64,000 bases of DNA from a bacterium (GTDB lineage Bacteria > Zhuqueibacterota > Zhuqueibacteria > Oceanimicrobiales > Oceanimicrobiaceae), in contig JBBIIG010000004.1 of NCBI GenBank assembly GCA_037446635.1, forward strand, positions 18,943 through 82,942, given 5' to 3'. Under the pieces are notes generated by a model. That model was given only the letters and a program-made list of their open reading frames with translations, did no database searches and was not told the DNA's origin. This document shows, piece by piece, positions 36,763 to 45,379 of the stretch (its first letter is position 1; each line of letters starts with the position of its first letter). The position numbers and the translations under genes are program-made.

Positions 36763-38370
36763 TCATTTATCCTCATTTTGTGTTTGCGCAGCATTTCGGA
36801 AAACCAGCCGAAAACAACTGCCTTCGCCCGGGCGGCTCTTGACGATCACATCGCCGCCATGCGCCTCCATAATATGCCTCACCAGCGTCAGACCCAAACC
36901 GCTGCCTTTGGTGTTGTGAACCAACCCCGTCGAGACGCGATAGAATTTATCAAAAATTTTATCGTGCTGCTCCGGCGCAATCCCGATTCCATGATCTTCC
37001 ACCTCAAGGAAGAGGTCGCCTTGATCAACGCCCGTTTTGATGGCGATAAACTTCCGGCTGTTGGAATACTTAACGGCATTATCCAGCAGGTTGAGGAGAG
37101 CTTCGGAAATCGACTCGGCGTCAACAGCGGTCTCAGGAAGATCTTCAGATAGTCGCAGCGAAACATCAAAACCCTGTTCCTGCAAATGAACGCGATAATT
37201 TTTCAACACTTTCTCAACCACGGTATTTAAATTGGCCATCTCCAATTGGTACTGTTTTTTGCCCGCTTCCATTCGTGAAAAATTCAAAAGATTGTTGACC
37301 AGGTGAGTCAAGCGCTCAGTCTCCTGGCGGATGATGTGGTAATATTCTTTCTTTTTGCGTTCGGAACGTGCTCTGCCCATTTCCAACGTTTCGGCAAACA
37401 TGCGAATCAAGGAAAGGGGCGTTTTGAGTTCATGGGAAACGTTGGAGACGAAATCCGACTTCAATCGCGATAATTCCATCTCTCGTTTTATATTGCGATA
37501 CACCACCCAGGCGCTCAAAATTAACACGAAATCTAAAATAATGATCAGCAGCAAACTGCGGTAAAATCGGCTGCGGGCAAGCTCCTCGAACGTTTCACCC
37601 TGCGGGCGGATGCCCAAAAAATGGTTGGGAAAAAGCCAGAGGTTTTTTTGTTGCTTGCTCTCTTGCACTTGAATCGGCGCCGTTGAAAATATCGGCTGCG
37701 AACGGTTCTCTTGAAAAACCGCCAGAATAAACTCCTGGCCCGCCGCCTCCTGCAGCTTCGGCGACAGCACCTGCTGCACGAATGAGTCGCTATTCAAAAC
37801 CAGGCCCGCAATATCAGCACGGCTTAGATCAGAAACAAAAATCAATGCCAGGTTCTCGCTGTCTTGTTCGTCGAAAGCGGGCAACATAATTGACTCGATC
37901 TTGCGATAACCAGAGCGTTTCATTCTTTCCAATCGCGCTGTAGTTTCTTGCTGGGTCTCGAAAGCTTCCGTGAGAATCTGGCGCAGAGCGGCGTCCTCTC
38001 CACCAACTTGCACCAAAACAAAACTCTGAGTTTGAGTATTCAAAAGAAACGCCGCTAAGAGGTTTCGGTTTTCCGACAAGAATTTTTGCAACATGAATTG
38101 AATTGTCCGATCGGAGTGATCGCGCGCTTCAATGAACGCCAGGTTGAGTTTGCTGACCCAGTTGTTCACACGGTCCCAGGCGTACTGGTTGACGGAAAAA
38201 AGAATCGCATCCAATTGCCGGCGATAAATTTCGCTGAGCAATTTTTCGTTTGCGGATAGAGAGTTGAGCTCGTAACCGGTAAAGAATAGTGCAGGCAGAA
38301 GAATGATCAAAAGCAGGATCAGCGTAATTTTTTTTAATGGCATGGTTACCTTAATTTCAAGACGGCCCAA
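36763..38370 (-). CDS. Membrane sensor histidine kinase (HisKA + HATPase_c)
   Basis: N-terminal TM, H-box ..VSHELKTPLSLIR.., N/G boxes ..LLDNAVKYS.., ..GSGLGLTLV... Adjacent to the response regulator. Confidence 0.85.
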   Translation of the reverse strand: MGRLEIKVTMPLKKITLILLLIILLPALFFTGYELNSLSANEKLLSEIYRRQLDAILFSVNQYAWDRVNNWVSKLNLAFIEARDHSDRTIQFMLQKFLSENRNLLAAFLLNTQTQSFVLVQVGGEDAALRQILTEAFETQQETTARLERMKRSGYRKIESIMLPAFDEQDSENLALIFVSDLSRADIAGLVLNSDSFVQQVLSPKLQEAAGQEFILAVFQENRSQPIFSTAPIQVQESKQQKNLWLFPNHFLGIRPQGETFEELARSRFYRSLLLIIILDFVLILSAWVVYRNIKREMELSRLKSDFVSNVSHELKTPLSLIRMFAETLEMGRARSERKKKEYYHIIRQETERLTHLVNNLLNFSRMEAGKKQYQLEMANLNTVVEKVLKNYRVHLQEQGFDVSLRLSEDLPETAVDAESISEALLNLLDNAVKYSNSRKFIAIKTGVDQGDLFLEVEDHGIGIAPEQHDKIFDKFYRVSTGLVHNTKGSGLGLTLVRHIMEAHGGDVIVKSRPGEGSCFRLVFRNAAQTQNEDK

Positions 38371-39356
38371 ACCGGCACGTGATCCGAAGCCAAATCCCGG
38401 CGCTCGGTGTACTGCAGCTTGCCATCAACAAATTCTACCCGCGAGGGTTTGCCTGTGATCGCAACCGAGCGATTAAAAATTCCCACCGCCACCACTTTGG
38501 ATTTTAAATTCTTCGAAAGTAAAATCTGATCGAAGAGGATGGTTTTGATTTTGACGTCGTTCATAAAATCGTGCGGCTTGTCGCGCCACTTGTTGTTTTC
38601 GGCGCGGGAACCGGCAACCACTAAGTCGAAGGTGTCGGGGAGCGCGGTGGAGTCGAAGAGATAATTATAGCCGTAGGAACAATAATCTTTTTCTAACAGC
38701 CTTTCGGTTGCGTTAAACAAAAACGTGTCCTCGCGAACGTCGATTCCGCCCGCTGCGCTGGCGCTGCCGTATTCGAGAATGTTGAGCGAACGATCGTCCG
38801 GGTTATCGTTAAAATCGCCCAGTAAAATAACGTTGCGTTTTTTCAATTTTGACTTGATGTAATCTACCATCAATTTTGAGGCCGCCTCCCGCCGGCTGGC
38901 GGTTTCGTTGCGGCCGCCGCGTCGGGACTTGGCGTGGTGAACGAGAAACACAAAATTTTTGCCGTATCCGTCAACTCGCACTTCCAGCAAATCGCGCTTG
39001 CGCGGAAACGCGTGATCATAAATCGTATCCGGAAAAACCGAGCGAAAGGAGCGAATTTTTAGCGGCGGGCGCACAGCCAGCGCCAATTCCTGCACCTCTT
39101 CGGGATCGTCCGCCATGGCGATGTCATACTCCGCGGGCAGGATATTCCTTAAGCCGGCGCGGGTGTTGATTTCCTGAAAGCCAATCACGTCCGCATCCAA
39201 TCCGGCGAGGACTTGCTGCAAACGCTGTTTGCGCGTCGGCGTGATGCCTTCATCGAGAAAATAAATATTGTACGTCGCCACTTTGATTTCCTGCGCCGCT
39301 GCGCCGGCGATCGATAGAAACACCAACAAAAAAAGCCCAGAGAATTTCTTCATCAT
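38346..39356 (-). CDS. Secreted endonuclease/exonuclease/phosphatase (EEP)-family protein
   Basis: Signal peptide, then ..KVATYNIYFLDEG..DVIGFQEIN.. Confidence 0.7.
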   Translation of the reverse strand: MMKKFSGLFLLVFLSIAGAAAQEIKVATYNIYFLDEGITPTRKQRLQQVLAGLDADVIGFQEINTRAGLRNILPAEYDIAMADDPEEVQELALAVRPPLKIRSFRSVFPDTIYDHAFPRKRDLLEVRVDGYGKNFVFLVHHAKSRRGGRNETASRREAASKLMVDYIKSKLKKRNVILLGDFNDNPDDRSLNILEYGSASAAGGIDVREDTFLFNATERLLEKDYCSYGYNYLFDSTALPDTFDLVVAGSRAENNKWRDKPHDFMNDVKIKTILFDQILLSKNLKSKVVAVGIFNRSVAITGKPSRVEFVDGKLQYTERRDLASDHVPVWAVLKLR

Positions 39357-39365
39357 GCCATCCTT

Positions 39366-40091
39366 TCACATTTGTTGTGCAAATTTGCGCAATTCTTTGT
39401 TCGCAGCTTTGGCGTTCGGATAAACCGATTCCAACAGTTTCCAGAAATCCGCACTGTGATTTGGGACGCGGGTGTGCGCCAATTCATGCAGCAAAACATA
39501 ATCGACCAAATGATCGGGCAAGCGCATGAGGTGTAAACTCAGGTTGATGTTGTTGCGGGACGAGCAGCTTCCCCAGCGCGATTTGTGATTTTTGATGAAT
39601 ACCCGGTTAAAAGAGAAGCCGTGCAGCTGCGCCAGCCATCGTAATCGTTCGGGCAAATAGCCCTGCGCTTCAATGCGATAGGCCGCGATCAAACCGCGCT
39701 GAATGGCCGACTGCACGCGCGGATGGCGCAGCGGCAGCTTGCGCGGGTAGCGCACGCGAACGACTCCTTTCGCCAGTTGGACGTGAATCGCCCCCACCTC
39801 TGCGGCGCGAGCATCCAGCTTGTGGCGGCGAGTGCGCAGCTCGCCGCGGCCGTCGTAAACCACCGCCTGCTTCTCGGCTTCGCGAATTTTTTGCAGGTGT
39901 TTGGCGATCCATTTTTTGTGACGCTGGACAAAGTCCTGCGCGGCGGAAAGGCTCACCCCCACCGGCACCGAAACGCACACGCCTGCAAACGGCTTGATGC
40001 GAATGCGCAAATGCCGGGCGCGCCGGCTGCGTTTGAACGTCACCATCCCAACTTCCGGAATTTGCAATGCAACGGCTTTCGTTGTTTTCAT
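39366..40091 (-). CDS. YgjP-like zinc metallopeptidase (DUF45/M48-like, HExxH)
   Basis: ..LVDYVLLHELAHTRVPNHSADFWKLL.. The ATG at 40091 is preferred. Confidence 0.7.
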   Translation of the reverse strand: MKTTKAVALQIPEVGMVTFKRSRRARHLRIRIKPFAGVCVSVPVGVSLSAAQDFVQRHKKWIAKHLQKIREAEKQAVVYDGRGELRTRRHKLDARAAEVGAIHVQLAKGVVRVRYPRKLPLRHPRVQSAIQRGLIAAYRIEAQGYLPERLRWLAQLHGFSFNRVFIKNHKSRWGSCSSRNNINLSLHLMRLPDHLVDYVLLHELAHTRVPNHSADFWKLLESVYPNAKAANKELRKFAQQM

Positions 40092-40513
40092 TTTCGATCC
40101 TGGCGGCGATAGACGAATTTCAATCCCGACCACACTTCGTCCACCGCGCAAACTTTGACATCGACAAGATGATTTTTCAAACCGATTTCGCGAACGCGGT
40201 TTTCATTGAGATCGGTTTTAACTTTGGATGAGCCTTTCGGCCAGGAAATCCACAGCGCGCCGTCCTGCGCCAGCGATTTTTTCAAATCAGGAAAATGCTT
40301 TTGCAGCTCGGCGCGCTGCGTCGTAAAAAATTGAATAAAATCCAGTGCCTCAGCCCCCGCAGGCTTGAGGCCTCCGGGGGTTGCGATTCGGACGTTTTGT
40401 GGGAGCGGCCCTAAAATTACAAAATAATTTTCGGGCGCGTTCAAAAAAAGGACGGCGCTGCCGGCTTTGATTCCGAGTTTCTCCACCAACGATCGTTTTG
40501 AATAACCGGCCAC
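40088..40513 (-). CDS. DUF3052-like protein
   Basis: MAGYSKRSLVEKLGIK..DVKVCAVDEVWSGLKFVYRR. Confidence 0.6.
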   Translation of the reverse strand: MAGYSKRSLVEKLGIKAGSAVLFLNAPENYFVILGPLPQNVRIATPGGLKPAGAEALDFIQFFTTQRAELQKHFPDLKKSLAQDGALWISWPKGSSKVKTDLNENRVREIGLKNHLVDVKVCAVDEVWSGLKFVYRRQDRK

Positions 40514-40514
40514 T

Positions 40515-41726
40515 TCAGTTCAAACCTTTGGAGGTAAAATGGCGGAGGTGATCGCTCGGGATCAAGTGGTTGTCAACAATATAACCGGCGAACAACTTTG
40601 CCATCAAGCGCGCGCCCTGCTCGTTGACGTGGCGGCCATCGTGGTAGTATTTTTTGTCGACGGGAAAAAGACTGGCGAAGTCAAACAAGTGGGCGCCCTT
40701 TTGTTTGGCAACCGTTTTAAGCACGTCATTCATTTCTTGATAGGCCGCGATGTACTCCTCCGAAGCCACCCGCGGCTCGTTTTCAAAAAGCGGAGAAAAG
40801 GCGAAAGTCGCCAGCACGGCGGTGATGTTGCGGGCCTGCGCCGAGAGCACGATGTTTTCGACGTTGCGCTGAAAATAAATCGGACGGTTGATTTCCAACA
40901 TGCGCCTGGCGCTTACGTCTTCGAAGGCGCCGCTGGGGTAGCTGTGGTTCATTTTCTGTCTTTGAAAATTATCGCCGTAGTAGGTTTTGGCGTGGCGGTC
41001 GATGGTTTTGGTGATATCGGCGTGCGGCTGGGTGACGCCGGCGCGCACCAGAAAGAAGCGAATGATGGCGCTGTATTCAAAAATGCTGGGCATGAAAACA
41101 TTGGTCACCGCAGGCATAGTGGCGCCGGAGTTGTCGCCGCGGTAGGCCTCCGGCGGCCACACCAGGCGGGTGTGGATATCGTTAATGGCTTCGTAAAAAA
41201 TAATCAAGTCCGGTTCTAAATCCAACACACGGAATTGAAAATTAATCAAACATTCAAAGCTGGTCCAGCCCGGCACGCCGGCGTTGATGACGTTGACGTT
41301 CGCGTACCCCCGCTGCAAAATCTCCTGCTCCAGCAACTCCGGGTAGGAAAGATTGTAGTCCTCCACGCCAGAGGTGTAGGTGGTGGAACCACCCAGGCAA
41401 ACGATACGGAATTCGTTCGCCGGTTTCGGCAGCGCGATCTCCTCGCCGCGATATCCCAACGAATTGTGCTTGTTTTTGCCGCTTTGATAATTCGGGGTGA
41501 GATAGTAACCGAGATAGCGGTGAAACGATTTTTTGAAATAAGCCTGGCCTTTTTTCTTAAGCCGATCTTCTAATTGCTGCAGGGAGGCGTAGCGGAAAAA
41601 AATATCCTCGTCGGCGAAATTCACCAGATAGATGCGGGCGGCGATTTCCAATACGACAAAACAAACCACCAACGTGGCCAGCGACAGCGCCAGGTTGGGA
41701 AGCAATGATTTCTTTGATTCATTCAT
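40515..41726 (-). CDS. Membrane-anchored SGNH/GDSL-family hydrolase
   Basis: N-terminal TM, ..IVCLGGSTTY.. (GDS-like block I), ..HDGRHVNEQG.. (DxxH block V). Confidence 0.65.
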   Translation of the reverse strand: MNESKKSLLPNLALSLATLVVCFVVLEIAARIYLVNFADEDIFFRYASLQQLEDRLKKKGQAYFKKSFHRYLGYYLTPNYQSGKNKHNSLGYRGEEIALPKPANEFRIVCLGGSTTYTSGVEDYNLSYPELLEQEILQRGYANVNVINAGVPGWTSFECLINFQFRVLDLEPDLIIFYEAINDIHTRLVWPPEAYRGDNSGATMPAVTNVFMPSIFEYSAIIRFFLVRAGVTQPHADITKTIDRHAKTYYGDNFQRQKMNHSYPSGAFEDVSARRMLEINRPIYFQRNVENIVLSAQARNITAVLATFAFSPLFENEPRVASEEYIAAYQEMNDVLKTVAKQKGAHLFDFASLFPVDKKYYHDGRHVNEQGARLMAKLFAGYIVDNHLIPSDHLRHFTSKGLN

Positions 41727-41731
41727 AGCGA

Positions 41732-43672
41732 CTATTTTTCAGAAAGCGCGGCGTTGGTGGGCAGGGTGATGCGAAACTCCGTGCCCTTCCCCACCTCGCT
41801 TTCAAATTCGATCTGGCCGCGGTGGCGTTGAATGATGTTGTAAGCGTTGTGCAGCCCCATCCCTAATCCCACCCGCGAGCTCTTGGTAGTAAAATTAAGC
41901 TGAAAGAGCGACGCCCGGATTTCCGGCGGAATGCCGCGGCCAGTGTCGCGGATGCGAATGAAAATGTTGCCGTTTTCCGCGCCGGTTTGAATGGTGATGC
42001 GGCCCTCCTTTTCGATGGCCTGGGCGGCATTGCGCAGCAGGGTCATAAAAACCTGATTGAGCTGATTGGGGTAACAATAAATCGGCGAGACCTTTCCAAA
42101 TTCTTTGTGGATGGTAACGCCCTTTTTGAATTCATGCTGAATGAGCGTCAAGGTGCTTTCGAGGCCCTGGTGAATGTCGGCCATTTTGAAATCGGCCTCG
42201 TCGAGGCGCGCAAAATTTTTCAGGCTCTCAACGATGCCGGCGATGCGGTCCGAAGCCGCTAGCAAAGTTTTGGAGTTGAGTTCGAGAACTTCGACGGCCT
42301 TTTGAAAACGCGCGTTTTCGGCCAGCGTCTTCGCGGACTCGCTGCCTTCCACCAACTGCTGGATTTTGGAAATGCTGCGCAGCAAAATATCTGCAGAGCT
42401 TTTGATGGCGCCGATGGGATTGTTGATCTCGTGGGCAATCCCGGCCGTGAGCTGGCCCAGCAGCGCCATCCGCTCCGACTGCACCAAATGGGATTGCGTT
42501 TCGCGCAGCTCGCGGTTGACTTTTTCTAAATCGTCCAGCGCCTTTTTAAGCTCGATATTTTTCAAGCGATGAATTTCGGCTTCTTTCTCGGTCTTCTCCA
42601 CCTCGAAATGAATTTGCAAATTTTTCAGCCGCGTCTTCGCTTCATCGCTGAAGACTTCTTCTTTGATTTGTTGATAGCATTTCAAATGTTTGAGCGCGCT
42701 GTGAAGATCGCCCTGCAGCTCATAGGCATCGGCCAGGGCGTGGTGGATTTGGTAGAGCTTGGGCCGCACATCGATTTCTTCCGCGCACTTTAACGCCTTG
42801 GACAACACCTCCAGCGCTTTCGCCGGCTCACGTTTTTGGTTGTACGTGCGCCCGATATTTAATAAGCTGGTGATCTCGGCGTTGCGGTTGGCCAGCTTTT
42901 CTCGAATCCGCAGACTGCTTTGATGATAGGAAAGCGCTTCGTCTAATTGATTGAGCGCCTGATACACCACACCCATGTCATTCAACGCCCGCGCCTCGCC
43001 CAACGAATTGGAAATGTCGCGGAAAATCTTGAGGCTCTCATCATGGTGCAGCAGCGCTTTCTCGTAGTCTCCCAAACCCTCATAAACATTACCAATACCA
43101 GAGAGCGCACGGGCAACGCCGAGGGGGATGTCATAATTTTTGAACATCTCTAAGCTTTTTTGGTGATACGACAGCGACTTCTCTAAATCGCCGAGATCGC
43201 GATAAACCCCACCAAGAGTTGTAAGAACCCAGGGCAGGCGATATTCGTAATCGCTGCCCTGCAGCTCGCGCTCGGCTTTGTGGAGATAATCCAACGCCAG
43301 GTCGAAATTTCCCAGGTTCCAATAAGTGATGCCAATGATGGTGAGCGCGCTGGAAAGCTCGATCCTATCGCCAATCAATTCAAAGTGGTTCAAGGCGGCG
43401 TAAGCGTAGCGTAAAGCCGAGTTATAATCGCTCAGATTGCAATAAACCAGCCCCAAGTTGCGGCTGCTGCTCGCTAAGCCGTGCTCATAAGATAACTTCT
43501 CGGATAAGGCATAGGCCTCCTGGCTCATTTCCAAAGTGGGCATCGATTCCAGAAACGTAGTCTCCCACGCCAACTCAGTCATCACATCGACTCGTTCGGT
43601 AGTTTGGGCGTCGCCGAGCTCGGCCAGCCGTTTTTTGAGAGCTTGAATTCTTTTTTTGACTTCTTTGGTCAT
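41732..43672 (-). CDS. Cytoplasmic TPR-repeat sensor histidine kinase (orphan)
   Basis: Multiple TPR units (..LGLVYCNLSDYNSALRY.. etc.), then H-box ..GIAHEINNPIGAI.. and HATPase ..GLGMGL.. Confidence 0.8.
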   Translation of the reverse strand: MTKEVKKRIQALKKRLAELGDAQTTERVDVMTELAWETTFLESMPTLEMSQEAYALSEKLSYEHGLASSSRNLGLVYCNLSDYNSALRYAYAALNHFELIGDRIELSSALTIIGITYWNLGNFDLALDYLHKAERELQGSDYEYRLPWVLTTLGGVYRDLGDLEKSLSYHQKSLEMFKNYDIPLGVARALSGIGNVYEGLGDYEKALLHHDESLKIFRDISNSLGEARALNDMGVVYQALNQLDEALSYHQSSLRIREKLANRNAEITSLLNIGRTYNQKREPAKALEVLSKALKCAEEIDVRPKLYQIHHALADAYELQGDLHSALKHLKCYQQIKEEVFSDEAKTRLKNLQIHFEVEKTEKEAEIHRLKNIELKKALDDLEKVNRELRETQSHLVQSERMALLGQLTAGIAHEINNPIGAIKSSADILLRSISKIQQLVEGSESAKTLAENARFQKAVEVLELNSKTLLAASDRIAGIVESLKNFARLDEADFKMADIHQGLESTLTLIQHEFKKGVTIHKEFGKVSPIYCYPNQLNQVFMTLLRNAAQAIEKEGRITIQTGAENGNIFIRIRDTGRGIPPEIRASLFQLNFTTKSSRVGLGMGLHNAYNIIQRHRGQIEFESEVGKGTEFRITLPTNAALSEK

Positions 43673-43677
43673 AATAA

Positions 43678-45105
43678 TTATTTAAACCGTAAAACCAACA
43701 AACGAATCTCCGTCATTTCTGCCATGGCGAAACGGATGCCCTCACGCCCGAGGCCGCTGTCTTTGACGCCGCCGTAGGGCATGTGATCGACGCGCCAGGA
43801 GGGCACGTCGCCGATGATGACGCCCCCCACTTCCAATTTGTCCCAGGCTCTGTGGGCTTTGTAAATGTCGCGGGTGAACACGCCGGCCTGCAAGCCAAAG
43901 GCGCGGTCGTTCACTTCATCCAGCGCCTGATCAAAATCGTTAAATTTTGAAAGAAGCGCCACCGGGCCGAACGCCTCCTGCGCACACACCTTTTGATTCT
44001 TGGGAACATTTTCCAGCAGCGTCGCCTCTAACATTGCGCCGTCGCGGCGGCCGCCACACAGCAGCTTGCCGCCGGCCGCCAGCGCCTCTTCGATCCACTG
44101 CTGGAGGCGCGCGGCTTCGGCTTCCGAGATCATCGGGCCGATGAACACGCTTTCGTCTTTGGGGTCGCCCATTTTTAATTTGCGAGTCGCGGCGACCAGC
44201 TTGTCTTTGAATTCATCATAAATTTTTTCATGCGCGAAAATGCGCTGCACGCTGATGCAGCTTTGTCCGGATTGATAGAACGCGCCAAACACGATGCGCT
44301 GCACGGCGTCCTCCAGGTCGGCGTCCTCATCCACAATGCAGCCGGCGTTGCCGCCCAATTCCAAAACTACTTTCTTTTTTCCGGCTTTCGCCTTCAGCTC
44401 CCAGCCCACGGCCGGCGAGCCGGTGAAGCTCAGCAGCTTCAAACGCTCATCGGTGGTGAACAATTCGGCGCCGTCGCGGCGGCAGGGCAGGATCGAAAAC
44501 GCGCCCTCCGGCAGATCGGTTTCCGCCAGCACCTCGCCGATGATCAGCGCGCCGATTGGAGTGAGACTGGCCGGCTTGAGTACAAACGGGCAGCCCACCG
44601 CCAGCGCCGGCGCCACTTTGTGCGCCGCTAAATTCAATGGAAAATTAAATGGCGAGATGAACGAGCACGGGCCGATGGGGACGCGCTTCCACATCCCAAA
44701 GTAGCCCTGGGCGCGGGCGGAAATATCCAGCGGCAAAACTTCGCCAGTGAGGCGCACCGATTCCTCGGCGGCGATGCGAAAGGTGTCGATGAGGCGGGTT
44801 ACTTCGCCGCGGCTGTCTTTGATGGGCTTGCCGGCTTCGATGCACAGCGTCATCGCCAGCTCGTCGAAGCGTTCGCGGAAACGCTCCACGCAGTGATTCA
44901 AAATTTCCTGGCGGCGGAAGGCCGGCATGTGCCGCAGCGCCTCCTGCGCCGCCACCGCTTTGGCGATCGCGTGATCGATGGCCTTGGCGTCGGCCATGGC
45001 CACGCGGGCGACAATTTCGCCGGTGTATTTATCCGCGACCTCGAGATCGGCATTGGGCATCACCGGGCGGTTAGCTAAAAAATAGGGGTAACGATCTTTC
45101 AACAT
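43678..45105 (-). CDS. NAD(P)-dependent aldehyde dehydrogenase
   Basis: ..VVLELGGNAG.., catalytic Cys in ..QSGQSCISVQR.. Confidence 0.85.
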   Translation of the reverse strand: MLKDRYPYFLANRPVMPNADLEVADKYTGEIVARVAMADAKAIDHAIAKAVAAQEALRHMPAFRRQEILNHCVERFRERFDELAMTLCIEAGKPIKDSRGEVTRLIDTFRIAAEESVRLTGEVLPLDISARAQGYFGMWKRVPIGPCSFISPFNFPLNLAAHKVAPALAVGCPFVLKPASLTPIGALIIGEVLAETDLPEGAFSILPCRRDGAELFTTDERLKLLSFTGSPAVGWELKAKAGKKKVVLELGGNAGCIVDEDADLEDAVQRIVFGAFYQSGQSCISVQRIFAHEKIYDEFKDKLVAATRKLKMGDPKDESVFIGPMISEAEAARLQQWIEEALAAGGKLLCGGRRDGAMLEATLLENVPKNQKVCAQEAFGPVALLSKFNDFDQALDEVNDRAFGLQAGVFTRDIYKAHRAWDKLEVGGVIIGDVPSWRVDHMPYGGVKDSGLGREGIRFAMAEMTEIRLLVLRFK

Positions 45106-45216
45106 GGCTGTTCAAAATTGAATTGTCAAAATATAATCATTTTTAGAAAAATTAGAAAGATTTATCTAACCTGACGCGGACGAGCCGCCCGCCGGCGCAG
45201 GCAACCAAACAAGTGA

Positions 45217-45378
45217 CCACACGGATTTAAGAAACACTGATAAAGCTTTTGAAAAATCCGTGTGATTCCTTCCGCCAAAGCGGATCCGCCAGGCGGACAA
45301 TCCGTGTGGACTTTCAGTGATTTTGATAAGCTCTGCGTTCTCGGCTCTCTCTGCGGTGAATGATTCAGGCTCACGGAT
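45217..45378. promoter_or_regulatory. Array of four copies of a 10-11-nt motif (CACACGGATT / AATCCGTGTG) in mixed orientation upstream of the ALDH gene
   Basis: 45217..45226 CACACGGATT, 45254..45263 AATCCGTGTG, 45298..45307 AATCCGTGTG, 45369..45378 CTCACGGATT. Confidence 0.5.
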
Positions 45379-45379
45379 T

